From: Shigella phage ESh28
Sequence record: ON528738
Strand: one strand, 5' to 3'
Length of the DNA stretch: 64,000 bases
Shown here: positions 48,256 to 57,703 of the stretch, in pieces
How positions within the stretch are numbered: position 1 is the stretch's first letter
Layout: each line of letters opens with the position of its first letter
Position numbers and translations under genes: made by a program
The notes under the pieces: model-generated
Database searches by the model: none
Seen by the model: only the letters and a program-made list of their open reading frames with translations
Told to the model about the DNA's origin: nothing

Positions 48256-48328
48256 ATGTCCTCCTTATTGCTTTATATATTTATTGTATAATTAATCTAC
48301 TAACCCATGAATTGAAAGGAAAAATAAC

Positions 48329-48847
48329 ATGCCACATTTCAACGAATGTAGTCAACTGATCGAAGGTGCTGATAAAGCTCAAAATGAATATTGGGATATT
48401 CTCGGTGATGAAAAAGACCCGCTGCAGGTAATGCTTGACATGCAGAAATCTCTACAGATTCGTTTAGCTAAAGATAAACCTGAATATAACCGTCATCCTG
48501 ATGATTTGGCTACTGCAGGTGAAGTTGTTGATTGGCTGCGTAATCAGAAAGATTACATTGATGATGAATTCCGTGAACTTCTGACTTCTCTTGGTGGTAT
48601 GAGCAATGGTGAAAAAGATGCATCTGCTGTATGGAAGCCTTGGAAGTCGCAGCATGGTGAACGCCGTGAAACTCTAATTACTGATTTGTCTCCTCAAGAC
48701 CAGTTGGAAATTAAATTCGAAATGATTGATATTCTTCATTTCGTTCTGAACATGTTCCAAGGTCTTGGTCTTACGGCTGAAGAAATCTTTAAACTTTATT
48801 ATCTGAAAAATGCTGAAAACTTCGCTCGTCAAGATCGAGGTTATTAA
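48329..48847 (+). CDS. 56: dCTPase/dUTPase gp56 (MazG-like)
   Basis: 172 aa; ...EEIFKLYYLKNAENFARQDRGY; matches T4 gp56. Confidence 0.8.
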   Translation: MPHFNECSQLIEGADKAQNEYWDILGDEKDPLQVMLDMQKSLQIRLAKDKPEYNRHPDDLATAGEVVDWLRNQKDYIDDEFRELLTSLGGMSNGEKDASAVWKPWKSQHGERRETLITDLSPQDQLEIKFEMIDILHFVLNMFQGLGLTAEEIFKLYYLKNAENFARQDRGY

Positions 48848-48891
48848 TGGCTCGTTTAAATAAACGACGACTTAAAAGCCGTGAGAATTAT

Positions 48892-48899
48892 TATAAATA
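48892..48899 (+). promoter_or_regulatory. late promoter box TATAAATA for soc
   Basis: Exact TATAAATA about 30 nt upstream of soc ATG. Confidence 0.6.
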
Positions 48900-48929
48900 A
48901 TCATGTAATTTAAATAAAAGGAGAATTAC

Positions 48930-49175
48930 ATGGCTAGTACTCGCGGTTATGTTAATATCAAAACATTTGAGCAGAAATTAGATGGAAATAAGAAAATTGA
49001 AGGAAAGGAAATTTCAGTAGCTTTCCCTCTTTATTCTGACGTTCACAAAATTTCTGGCGCTCATTACCAGACATTCCCTTCAGAAAAAGCAGCATATACT
49101 ACTGTATATGAAGAAAATCAACGTGCTGCATGGATTGCTGCAAACGAAGATTTGTGGAAAGTAACTGGTGGTTAA
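48930..49175 (+). CDS. soc: small outer capsid protein Soc
   Basis: 81 aa; MASTRGYVNIKTFEQKLDGNKKIEGKEISVAFPLYSDVHKISGAHYQTF matches T4 Soc. Confidence 0.9.
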   Translation: MASTRGYVNIKTFEQKLDGNKKIEGKEISVAFPLYSDVHKISGAHYQTFPSEKAAYTTVYEENQRAAWIAANEDLWKVTGG

Positions 49176-49182
49176 TAATTCA

Positions 49183-49208
49183 AGGACTCCTTCGGGAGTC
49201 CTTTTTTC
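49183..49208 (+). terminator. rho-independent terminator
   Basis: GGACTCC-TTCG-GGAGTCC hairpin plus T tract. Confidence 0.7.
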
Positions 49209-49217
49209 ATTTAAACG

Positions 49218-49247
49218 GTTTACTTTCCAAAATGAGTATGGTATAAT
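49218..49247 (+). promoter_or_regulatory. T4-type early promoter
   Basis: GTTTAC ... TATGGTATAAT. Confidence 0.6.
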
Positions 49248-49273
49248 AGATTTATCTTATAGAGGAGAGCACT

Positions 49274-49486
49274 ATGTTAAATCGCTGGATTAAACCAAAT
49301 GAAGACCTCCAGAAGGTTCTTGATAAAGCTATCTCTGATAAATGGGGTATGAAAAGCTGGGATTGTGATGTCGTTACGCATTCATTCATGATGCATGCAG
49401 ATGGTTCAGTCGAGTTCAATGCTGAAATGCGATACACTGACTGGGGTGGATTTCAAAGAGTCGAATTTCAAAGAGGCTTTTTATAA
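49274..49486 (+). CDS. hypothetical small protein
   Basis: Tracked ORF with GAGGAGAG SD. Confidence 0.45.
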   Translation: MLNRWIKPNEDLQKVLDKAISDKWGMKSWDCDVVTHSFMMHADGSVEFNAEMRYTDWGGFQRVEFQRGFL

Positions 49487-49818
49487 TGTTTATCTTTAAT
49501 TGGTTTAAAAGTTTCTTTACGGATTTTTTCTCTACAACTCCTGGAGAAGGTGTAGTTCCTATTTCAAATGACTATCTTCCTTTAACTGTAGTTGAATATG
49601 TTTATATGGGAGATGGAACAGTAGAAGCAGTCACTATGACTTACGAAGAAGCCCAAGAATATTATAAAAATCCTTGGCGATGGTCAGTACCTGCATCTTC
49701 TAACGAAGTTAAAAGTTCTAATTCTTCATATGATACAAATGTCCCTGTTCACATATGGGCAGGTGATTCATGCGGAAGTTCTTGTGATTCTAGTTGTTCA
49801 TCTACATCTTGCGATTGA
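49486..49818 (+). CDS. hypothetical protein with Cys/Ser-rich C-terminal tail
   Basis: Tail [18 protein letters not shown]; hydrophobic N terminus. Confidence 0.45.
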   Translation: MFIFNWFKSFFTDFFSTTPGEGVVPISNDYLPLTVVEYVYMGDGTVEAVTMTYEEAQEYYKNPWRWSVPASSNEVKSSNSSYDTNVPVHIWAGDSCGSSCDSSCSSTSCD

Positions 49819-49826
49819 GGAAAATT

Positions 49827-50312
49827 ATGGAAGCAATTTTGTTTGAAATGTATATTAGCAGTAATAGTATGTCGTTTGCTAAAGACGTTCCAATTACAGT
49901 AGCAGTAATGATTGATAAAAGATATGACAATAACATGTATCTAGTAGAAGATTTTATTTCAATGCCAGTTCCAGAAGATGTTGAAATAAAACTTAAAAAG
50001 ATCGGAATTATTGAAACTGTACAAAATTCTCCATTTATGTCAATTCAAGCATTTACTAAATCTAGCTATATTGATGTTAGTGAAGCATATTATAATAATA
50101 AACCATTGTCCTTCTATTCATATGATTCAATATATGACTGGAAAATAGATAAGGGAAATAAATTTATAATTACGGACGAAAGTGCGCTATCATATTTTAT
50201 TACCTCTTTATGGAATAATTTAAATCCAAATTTGCTAAAAATTCATGAATTTGACGATGCTCCTACTATTGTTTTAGGTAAAACAAATGAAAGTTCTGAA
50301 GAAAATGTTTGA
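49827..50312 (+). CDS. hypothetical protein
   Basis: ATG after GAGGAAAATT (internal Met of tracked ORF). Confidence 0.45.
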   Translation: MEAILFEMYISSNSMSFAKDVPITVAVMIDKRYDNNMYLVEDFISMPVPEDVEIKLKKIGIIETVQNSPFMSIQAFTKSSYIDVSEAYYNNKPLSFYSYDSIYDWKIDKGNKFIITDESALSYFITSLWNNLNPNLLKIHEFDDAPTIVLGKTNESSEENV

Positions 50313-50490
50313 ATGGTTCAATAGACCAAACTCAATGTATATTGATGATGGTTGGGTTGAACAGGCAAATAAAGAAATGCAGAACGAATCAGAAGAATGG
50401 ATGAAATCAATGATTAGTGCCGAGAAAGAAAAGAAATTAGAACGCTCAGCGCTTAAATTGATGAGAGACATCTATGGGGATAAATCATGA
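50305..50490 (+). CDS. hypothetical small protein
   Basis: ATG overlapping upstream stop. Confidence 0.4.
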   Translation: MFEWFNRPNSMYIDDGWVEQANKEMQNESEEWMKSMISAEKEKKLERSALKLMRDIYGDKS

Positions 50491-50651
50491 ACAGAGATAT
50501 GACGTTAGAAGAGGCTAAAGCTAAAGCAAATGAAGCATTGGATTTGCTTCTTAAAATCGGTAGTAAAATGATGGAAGAAAATGAGAAATATATCCAGGAA
50601 AACAAAATTCCTGACGGCCCGTTAGTAGGCAAGAGGAAATCACATGATTGA
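50487..50651 (+). CDS. possible small ORF (54 aa)
   Basis: Untracked; ATGA overlap. Confidence 0.3.
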   Translation: MNRDMTLEEAKAKANEALDLLLKIGSKMMEENEKYIQENKIPDGPLVGKRKSHD

Positions 50652-51114
50652 AGTAGCAAAACATTATTCAATAGAATTTATGTCTAAAGAAGGTAAATCA
50701 GTAAATACGCTTGATAAAAAGTGCTCATTAATTATTCCTTTAGCAGAAAATCCAGATCTTTTAATTAAAGATATAAAAGAAAGAAAATATCCAGAAAATG
50801 TTATTCTAATTATAAAGCATACTGAAGATATTTTGCAGAATACAGATTCACCATTTTCTTCTTCTGAAGCTTTAACTATTAAAGGCTATAAAAGAGCTCA
50901 TGAATATGGTCTTTTTGACATGTTTGAAGACGATAAAGTTAAATTAGCGAGTCAACCTTCTAAAAGTAAAACATTCATTATTGAAGATATTAAAGATATA
51001 AATGCATTTGTTAAGATGGTCTGGGCTCATTTTGACGTTGGACTACGCTGGAGAATGTCCGAAGAAGAAAGAAAGATTATTGAAGCTAATCGTTATTTTG
51101 GTTTTTATCGTTAG
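50644..51114 (+). CDS. hypothetical protein
   Basis: Tracked ORF. Confidence 0.45.
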   Translation: MIEVAKHYSIEFMSKEGKSVNTLDKKCSLIIPLAENPDLLIKDIKERKYPENVILIIKHTEDILQNTDSPFSSSEALTIKGYKRAHEYGLFDMFEDDKVKLASQPSKSKTFIIEDIKDINAFVKMVWAHFDVGLRWRMSEEERKIIEANRYFGFYR

Positions 51115-51122
51115 GAATTAGT

Positions 51123-51305
51123 ATGGATTTATTTGAGATGTTAGAAGATAATCATTCTACGAATATCCAGAATGATTCTAGTGATTATAAGAAAGAGTAC
51201 CGTATAGTATTACAGAATTATGGAATTGAAGCCCCAGACGCTCTTCTAGAAGAACTAGCTTCATACCATCTTGACCCTCCGCCCTGGGCTCCCTGGGCAA
51301 AATAA
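51123..51305 (+). CDS. hypothetical small acidic protein
   Basis: Tracked ORF. Confidence 0.4.
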   Translation: MDLFEMLEDNHSTNIQNDSSDYKKEYRIVLQNYGIEAPDALLEELASYHLDPPPWAPWAK

Positions 51306-51315
51306 TTCAAAAAGT

Positions 51316-51345
51316 TGTTTACTTTCCTTTCTAACGATGATATGA
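51316..51345 (+). promoter_or_regulatory. T4-type early promoter
   Basis: AAAAAGTTGTTTAC ... GATATGATAG. Confidence 0.5.
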
Positions 51346-51372
51346 TAGCTTCTGAAGTATACGGAGGCTATC

Positions 51373-51996
51373 ATGATTATTAATCCTGTAGATGTTGAAC
51401 AATTATCTATAAAAGCTGAAAGCGTTGATTTTCAATATGATATGTATAAAAAGGTCTGTGAAAAATTTACTGACTTCGAGCAGTCAGTTCTTTGGCAATG
51501 TATGGAAGCTAAAAAGAATGAAGCTCTTCACCGGCAGTTGAATAAAATCATTAAAAAGCATTTAACTAAATCACCTTATCAGCTATATCGTGGTATATCA
51601 AAATCGACAAAAGAGCTCATTAAAGGTTTACAAGTTGGAGAAGTGTTTTCAACGAACAGAGTAGATTCATTTACTACTAGTTTGCATACAGCGTGTTCTT
51701 TTTCTTATGCTGAATATTTTACTGAAACAATACTTCGCTTAAAAACTGATAAAGCTTTTAATTACTCTGACCATATCAGCGATATTATACTTTCTTCTCC
51801 TAATACTGAGTTTAAGTATACATATGAAGATACTGATGGATTAGATTCAGAACGTACTGATAACTTAATGATGATTGTGCGTGAACAAGAATGGATGATT
51901 CCAATTGGAAAGTATAAAATAACTTCTATTTCAAAAGAAAAATTACACGATTCATTTGGAACATTTAAAGTGTATGATATTGAGGTAGTTGAATGA
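51373..51996 (+). CDS. modB: ADP-ribosyltransferase ModB
   Basis: 207 aa; R-S-E catalytic triad elements (LYRG, FTTS, EQEWMIP); adjacent paralog. Confidence 0.65.
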   Translation: MIINPVDVEQLSIKAESVDFQYDMYKKVCEKFTDFEQSVLWQCMEAKKNEALHRQLNKIIKKHLTKSPYQLYRGISKSTKELIKGLQVGEVFSTNRVDSFTTSLHTACSFSYAEYFTETILRLKTDKAFNYSDHISDIILSSPNTEFKYTYEDTDGLDSERTDNLMMIVREQEWMIPIGKYKITSISKEKLHDSFGTFKVYDIEVVE

Positions 51997-52595
51997 AATA
52001 TTCAGCAATGCAATTAAAAGATTTTAAAATCAAATCAATGGATGCATCTGTGCGTGCTTCTATTCGTGAAGAATTACTTTCTGAAGGATTTAATTTATCT
52101 GAAATTGAACTTTTAATTCATTGTATTACTAATAAGCCAGACGATCATTCTTGGTTAAATGAAATAATCAAATCTCGTTTGGTTCCAAACGATAAACCTC
52201 TTTGGAGAGGTGTTCCAGCTGAGACTAAGCAGGTGTTAAATCAAGGAATTGATATTATTACATTTGATAAAGTCGTATCAGCTTCATATGATAAAAATAT
52301 AGCTCTACATTTTGCTTCTGGATTAGAATACAATACACAAGTTATTTTTGAATTCAAAGCTCCTATGGTATTTAATTTCCAGGAGTATGCTATAAAAGCT
52401 CTACGTTGTAAAGAATACAGTCCAAGTTTTAAATTTCCGGATAGCCATCGTTATCGTAATATGGAATTAGTTTCAGATGAACAGGAAGTAATGATACCAG
52501 CTGGAAGTGTATTTAGAATTGCGGATAGATATGAGTATAAAAAGTATTCAACATACACTATCTATACTCTTGATTTTGAAAGATTTAATCTATAA
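51993..52595 (+). CDS. modA: ADP-ribosyltransferase ModA
   Basis: 200 aa; R-S-E elements (LWRG, SASY, EQEVMIP). Confidence 0.65.
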   Translation: MKYSAMQLKDFKIKSMDASVRASIREELLSEGFNLSEIELLIHCITNKPDDHSWLNEIIKSRLVPNDKPLWRGVPAETKQVLNQGIDIITFDKVVSASYDKNIALHFASGLEYNTQVIFEFKAPMVFNFQEYAIKALRCKEYSPSFKFPDSHRYRNMELVSDEQEVMIPAGSVFRIADRYEYKKYSTYTIYTLDFERFNL

Positions 52596-52651
52596 TGGAA
52601 GGACTTAGATTCATTATACCATGAAAGTTTTAAAGCATTTTTCATAAAGTT

Positions 52652-52680
52652 GTTTACAAGCTGAAGTAAAAATGATATAG
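52652..52680 (+). promoter_or_regulatory. T4-type early promoter
   Basis: TTTTTCATAAAGTTGTTTAC ... GATATAGTATAAG. Confidence 0.5.
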
Positions 52681-52710
52681 TATAAGTAGTTAACCGTCCG
52701 TGAGAAAAAT

Positions 52711-53457
52711 ATGAAACTGTCTAAAAATCAAATTCGTAAAATTACACGTCGTTTAGAGCACACTCAGGCATCGGCTAAAAGACGTTCTAAAGATTTTAAC
52801 TTAGACTTCAATTACATTAAGAACATTTTAGATCAGAAAGTTTGCGCTTACTCGGGAGAACCTTTTGATAATCGTATTGAAGGAGAGAAATTATCGTTAG
52901 AACGTTTTGATAATAACATTGGATACATTAAAGGGAATGTTATTGCAGTAAAGAAAAAGTATAATACATTTCGTTCTGATTATACTTTAGAAGAGTTGAT
53001 TGAAAAGCGTGATTTATTTGCTTTGCGAATTGGTCGTTCATCTGCGAAAAAAGTTCATAAACTAAATTTAGATGAAAAGAAATGGGCTAAAATCAAAAAG
53101 ACTTATAATCAAATTAAAGCTATACAGAAAAAGCGTGAAAATCGAATTGAACACATTTCTCAGCTTTCTAAATCAAAACAAACTTCTGACGTTAAGCTAA
53201 CGATTATAGCACTTAAAGCTCGTATTGATGGTTCTCGTATAGCAGAAGGCGCTGAAGTTGTTAAATTGAACGTTCTTCTTAAAGGCTCGGATTGGAAAAT
53301 TGTGAAAAAGTTGTCAGAAGCAGAAATGCAATATGATATGTGTGATAAAATTATTCAAGGTGTAGAGCGGTATCAAAACTTATCATTTATTGATAAACTC
53401 AAATTAAAAAGAGGATACCCGCTAAACTGTTCAATTTTTAAACTTATCCGAGGATAA
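52711..53457 (+). CDS. basic protein; positional candidate for Srd
   Basis: 248 aa, between modA and dda as srd is in T4. Confidence 0.45.
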   Translation: MKLSKNQIRKITRRLEHTQASAKRRSKDFNLDFNYIKNILDQKVCAYSGEPFDNRIEGEKLSLERFDNNIGYIKGNVIAVKKKYNTFRSDYTLEELIEKRDLFALRIGRSSAKKVHKLNLDEKKWAKIKKTYNQIKAIQKKRENRIEHISQLSKSKQTSDVKLTIIALKARIDGSRIAEGAEVVKLNVLLKGSDWKIVKKLSEAEMQYDMCDKIIQGVERYQNLSFIDKLKLKRGYPLNCSIFKLIRG

Positions 53458-53458
53458 T

Positions 53459-53770
53459 ATGGTTTATGTATATGCGATAGTTTACCGAGACAAAGACGGA
53501 TTTACGGCGCCAGTTCCACTTGATGAACATCGTCCTGCTGTATTTTTTGAATGGAATATTGCTGATAAAGTATTTACCACTCTTAAAGAGCAGTATCAAT
53601 TAGCTTTAGGTAAGGGAATTCCAAGATTAGTTGAGACTCCACGTAAATTTTGGTTTAATAAAATAGAAGTTAAACATGTTAAGCCTGACGTAGACACACA
53701 AAGATTATATCAGCGAATTTTAGATACTGGGCGTATTGTTAGTATACCAATTGCAGGGAATTTACGATGA
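53459..53770 (+). CDS. hypothetical protein
   Basis: Tracked ORF, coupled to dda. Confidence 0.45.
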   Translation: MVYVYAIVYRDKDGFTAPVPLDEHRPAVFFEWNIADKVFTTLKEQYQLALGKGIPRLVETPRKFWFNKIEVKHVKPDVDTQRLYQRILDTGRIVSIPIAGNLR

Positions 53771-55086
53771 CATTTGATGATTTGACCGAAGGCCAGAAAA
53801 ATGCCTTTAACATCGTTATGAGGGCTATTAAAGAAAAGAAACATCATGTAACTATTAATGGACCTGCTGGTACTGGTAAGACTACTCTTACTAAGTTCAT
53901 CATTGAAGCTTTAATATCAACAGGCGAAACTGGTATCATTTTGGCAGCTCCTACACATGCAGCTAAAAAGATTCTTTCAAAACTGTCGGGGAAAGAAGCG
54001 AGTACTATTCACAGTATTCTTAAAATTAACCCAGTTACGTATGAAGAAAACGTTCTTTTTGAACAGAAGGAAGTACCAGATTTAGCTAAATGCAGGGTAT
54101 TAATCTGCGACGAAGTGTCAATGTATGATAGAAAGCTATTTAAAATTCTGCTTTCAACTATTCCACCTTGGTGTACTATAATTGGAATAGGTGATAATAA
54201 GCAAATTAGACCTGTTGATCCAGGAGAAAATACTGCTTATATCAGTCCATTCTTTACACACAAAGATTTTTATCAGTGTGAACTTACTGAAGTTAAACGC
54301 AGTAATGCTCCTATTATTGATGTAGCTACTGATGTTCGCAACGGTAAGTGGATTTATGATAAAGTTGTTGACGGGCATGGAGTACGTGGATTTACTGGTG
54401 ATACCGCTTTACGCGATTTTATGGTAAATTATTTTTCAATTGTCAAATCTTTAGATGATTTGTTTGAAAATCGCGTAATGGCATTTACGAATAAATCTGT
54501 TGATAAGTTAAATAGCATTATTCGTAAAAAGATTTTTGAAACTGATAAAGATTTTATTGTCGGTGAAATTATTGTAATGCAGGAACCATTAATTAAAACA
54601 TATAAAATTGATGGAAAGCCTGTGTCAGAAATTATTTTTAATAACGGACAATTAGTTCGTATTATAGAAGCAGAGTATACATCAACCTTTGTTAAAGCTC
54701 GTGGTGTTTCTGGAGAATATCTAATTCGTCATTGGGATTTAACAGTAGAAACTTACGGCGATGATGAATATTATCGTGAAAAGATTAAAATAATTTCATC
54801 TGATGAAGAACTGTATAAGTTTAACTTATTTTTAGGTAAAACGGCAGAAACTTATAAAAATTGGAACAAAGGCGGAAAAGCTCCATGGAGTGATTTTTGG
54901 GATGCTAAATCACAGTTTAGTAAAGTGAAAGCACTTCCTGCATCAACATTCCATAAAGCGCAGGGCATGTCTGTAGACCGTGCTTTCATTTATACGCCTT
55001 GTATTCATTATGCAGATGCTGAATTGGCTCAACAACTTCTTTATGTTGGTGTTACCCGTGGTCGTTATGATGTGTTTTATGTGTGA
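53767..55086 (+). CDS. dda: DNA helicase Dda (SF1B)
   Basis: 439 aa; Walker A GPAGTGKTT; matches T4 Dda. Confidence 0.9.
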   Translation: MTFDDLTEGQKNAFNIVMRAIKEKKHHVTINGPAGTGKTTLTKFIIEALISTGETGIILAAPTHAAKKILSKLSGKEASTIHSILKINPVTYEENVLFEQKEVPDLAKCRVLICDEVSMYDRKLFKILLSTIPPWCTIIGIGDNKQIRPVDPGENTAYISPFFTHKDFYQCELTEVKRSNAPIIDVATDVRNGKWIYDKVVDGHGVRGFTGDTALRDFMVNYFSIVKSLDDLFENRVMAFTNKSVDKLNSIIRKKIFETDKDFIVGEIIVMQEPLIKTYKIDGKPVSEIIFNNGQLVRIIEAEYTSTFVKARGVSGEYLIRHWDLTVETYGDDEYYREKIKIISSDEELYKFNLFLGKTAETYKNWNKGGKAPWSDFWDAKSQFSKVKALPASTFHKAQGMSVDRAFIYTPCIHYADAELAQQLLYVGVTRGRYDVFYV

Positions 55087-55092
55087 GGCTAT

Positions 55093-55353
55093 ATGATTAA
55101 CATCAATTCAAAATATTTAAATCGTCTAATAGATGGTATAAGGAAGCATACTAATAAGCAAGATAATCTTAATGTTATGGTAACAGGAGCTGAGCTCCTT
55201 CATAAGCTTTATCTTATAAGTGATACTATATTAGCAATTAAACGAATTGAAAAACAATCATATCACAGTAATACAGATACGGTAATTACACTAGATGAAA
55301 GTGTCTGTAAATTACTAATTAAATTTGAGGAAGCTATTCGTGGAAATAACTAA
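55093..55353 (+). CDS. hypothetical small protein (trio member 1)
   Basis: Tracked ORF. Confidence 0.4.
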   Translation: MININSKYLNRLIDGIRKHTNKQDNLNVMVTGAELLHKLYLISDTILAIKRIEKQSYHSNTDTVITLDESVCKLLIKFEEAIRGNN

Positions 55354-55585
55354 AGATCAGTTTTATCTTCTTCAGGATAAAGTTAGCGAAATTTATGAAA
55401 TAGCTTATAGTAAAAATCGCAAAAACGTGAAAATTGAATCAGGCAAGTTAATGCTTCAATTGGAAGAAATTGAACGAGATTTGATTGCGTTAGAATTCTT
55501 TTGTGGTGAAGTAAAAACTGTTACAATCAGTGATTACATTTTAGGTGAAATTAGCCATCTTTATAAGGCGGTTATTAATGATTGA
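55325..55585 (+). CDS. hypothetical small protein (trio member 2)
   Basis: Tracked ORF; start uncertain. Confidence 0.35.
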   Translation: MRKLFVEITKDQFYLLQDKVSEIYEIAYSKNRKNVKIESGKLMLQLEEIERDLIALEFFCGEVKTVTISDYILGEISHLYKAVIND

Positions 55586-55820
55586 ATTAAGTTGGTGTCA
55601 GTTTAAATCTCTTATGACAAATGTTAAAGCTGTCATTGAGAAAAATTCTGGTCCTGAAAATATTACTATTCGCGAAAAAGCTTTAAAGATAATATACAGT
55701 CTTGAAGAGATGCAAAAAGATATTGAATCTATGGCAAAATTTATTGATGAACCTATTAATAAAGTTTATATTCAAGACTATACTGTAGGTCAAATTCGCG
55801 ATTTAGCAAGGAAAATTTAA
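55545..55820 (+). CDS. hypothetical small protein (trio member 3)
   Basis: Tracked ORF; start uncertain. Confidence 0.35.
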   Translation: MKLAIFIRRLLMIELSWCQFKSLMTNVKAVIEKNSGPENITIREKALKIIYSLEEMQKDIESMAKFIDEPINKVYIQDYTVGQIRDLARKI

Positions 55821-56503
55821 TGTTTGATTTTATTATAGATTTTGAAACAATGGGAAGTGGTGAAAAAGCAGCTGTTATTGATTTAGCTGTAATTGCTTTT
55901 GACCCTAACCCAGAAGTAGTTGAAACATTTGATGAATTAGTTTCACGCGGCATTAAAATCAAATTTGATTTAAAAAGCCAAAAAGGACATCGTCTTTTTA
56001 CTAAAAGCACTATCGAATGGTGGAAAAATCAGTCTCCTGAAGCTCGAAAAAATATTGCACCATCAGATGAAGATGTAAGCACCATCGATGGTATTGCAAA
56101 ATTTAATGATTACATCAATGCACATAATATCGATCCTTGGAAATCTCAAGGCTGGTGCCGTGGAATGTCGTTTGATTTTCCAATTTTAGTCGATCTCATT
56201 CGTGATATTCAACGTCTTAATGGTGTTTCTGAGAATGAGCTTGACACATTTAAGTTAGAACCATGTAAATTCTGGAATCAGCGTGATATTCGTACCAGAA
56301 TTGAAGCACTTCTGCTTGTTCGTGATATGACCACGTGTCCTCTTCCAAAAGGAACTTTAGATGGATTCGTTGCGCATGATTCTATTCATGACTGTGCGAA
56401 AGACATCCTGATGATGAAGTATGCTTTGCGCTATGCTATGGGTCTTGAAGACGCTCCATCAGAGGAAGAATGCGATCCTCTGTCTCTTCCAACAAAACGA
56501 TAA
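55820..56503 (+). CDS. dexA: exonuclease A DexA (DEDD 3'-5' exonuclease)
   Basis: 227 aa; DFETMG and HDSIHDC motifs. Confidence 0.85.
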   Translation: MFDFIIDFETMGSGEKAAVIDLAVIAFDPNPEVVETFDELVSRGIKIKFDLKSQKGHRLFTKSTIEWWKNQSPEARKNIAPSDEDVSTIDGIAKFNDYINAHNIDPWKSQGWCRGMSFDFPILVDLIRDIQRLNGVSENELDTFKLEPCKFWNQRDIRTRIEALLLVRDMTTCPLPKGTLDGFVAHDSIHDCAKDILMMKYALRYAMGLEDAPSEEECDPLSLPTKR

Positions 56504-56508
56504 AAAGT

Positions 56509-56540
56509 TGTTTACTTCCTCGGTTAGTTGTGGTATTATA
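56509..56540 (+). promoter_or_regulatory. T4-type early promoter
   Basis: AAAAAGTTGTTTAC ... GTGGTATTATAAC. Confidence 0.55.
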
Positions 56541-56566
56541 ACACCATAGCTACTGAGGATAATAAA

Positions 56567-57079
56567 ATGAAAATTTATCGTGTTGAATCATCGTTTAGCG
56601 CATTAAATGATGATAGTGGTATAGTGAAAATTAGGCAAGAGTTGTGCGTTCAATCAACTCCTTATCGTGGATTTGATTCTATGAAAACTCGAACTTGGCT
56701 AAAATTTTGCGGTATTAATTCATCGTCATTTCATCATCATAGCGATAATTATGAAAGCCATGAAAGTATTCCTATTCCACACGATGATAAGTTATTAGTT
56801 GAAAATGCTAATGATGTTATTAAAACTAAATGGAATAAAGATTATTCACAATTTGAAAATTATATTCCGTTGTGGCTTATTGCATTATATCATTTTGCTT
56901 TCGCTAGTGAATATGATATGATGAGATGGTTCACCCGAGAAGAGCGTGAAGACTTAAAAGATCGTGGAATGTACATTGCGATTTATGAAGTTCCTGAAGA
57001 TGAAGTTATCATTGGCGGGCACCAAGTAATGTTCCGTAAATCCCATGCTGAACTTGTAGATTTTATTGAAATGAGATAA
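56567..57079 (+). CDS. hypothetical protein
   Basis: ATG after GAGGATAATAAA (Met 14 of tracked ORF). Confidence 0.45.
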   Translation: MKIYRVESSFSALNDDSGIVKIRQELCVQSTPYRGFDSMKTRTWLKFCGINSSSFHHHSDNYESHESIPIPHDDKLLVENANDVIKTKWNKDYSQFENYIPLWLIALYHFAFASEYDMMRWFTREEREDLKDRGMYIAIYEVPEDEVIIGGHQVMFRKSHAELVDFIEMR

Positions 57080-57081
57080 TT

Positions 57082-57627
57082 ATGAAATTTAATTATAATC
57101 TTGAATACACACCGAATCCTGTAGATAAACTGATTGATTTTGATGTTATAAGCACTTATGTATGCCCTGTTAAACCACTGGAAATTAAGGAACCTACTAT
57201 GACTACCGCTATTGAAATCGGCAAAACCTACAAACTGGTTGAACCTAAAATTAAAACTAATGCCTTGATTTCTGGTCATAAAACTCTGACTGATGTTTTT
57301 GGCGAAGGCGAATTTATTGTTGAAGAATTTGCCAAAAGTGAGTGGTTTGACAAATCTTACGTCATCCACGGTCGCCGGTTAGATAATAACAAAATAAAGA
57401 AAAACCTGGTTTATGAAGATGAGTTCATCCTGTTCCAAGAAGTTGAAGAACAAGACCCTACAGACCTGTTGTGTGCTGCTGTGTCTATCCGTCGTCCTTT
57501 TGATAATCCTATCTGTGGTTGGGTAACAGACCAGTGGATTGAAGATGGTGTTGAGCTTCTGAACGTTGTCCATGCAGGAGATTTTAGTGTAGTACCTCGT
57601 AGTGCGGTGGTAGCTATTTTGAATTAA
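57082..57627 (+). CDS. MotB-like paralog
   Basis: C-terminal CGWVTDQWIEDGVELLNVV parallels the next ORF. Confidence 0.45.
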   Translation: MKFNYNLEYTPNPVDKLIDFDVISTYVCPVKPLEIKEPTMTTAIEIGKTYKLVEPKIKTNALISGHKTLTDVFGEGEFIVEEFAKSEWFDKSYVIHGRRLDNNKIKKNLVYEDEFILFQEVEEQDPTDLLCAAVSIRRPFDNPICGWVTDQWIEDGVELLNVVHAGDFSVVPRSAVVAILN

Positions 57628-57629
57628 TA

Positions 57630-57659
57630 GTTTACAAACTCTTGGGACCAGAGTATAAT
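57630..57659 (+). promoter_or_regulatory. T4-type early promoter with -10 in stem-loop
   Basis: GTTTAC; GGACCA / TGGTCC inverted repeat around GAGTATAAT. Confidence 0.6.
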
Positions 57660-57703
57660 GGTCCTGTGGAGTATAAAATCTTTTTAACAAGTGAGAGATA
57701 ACT

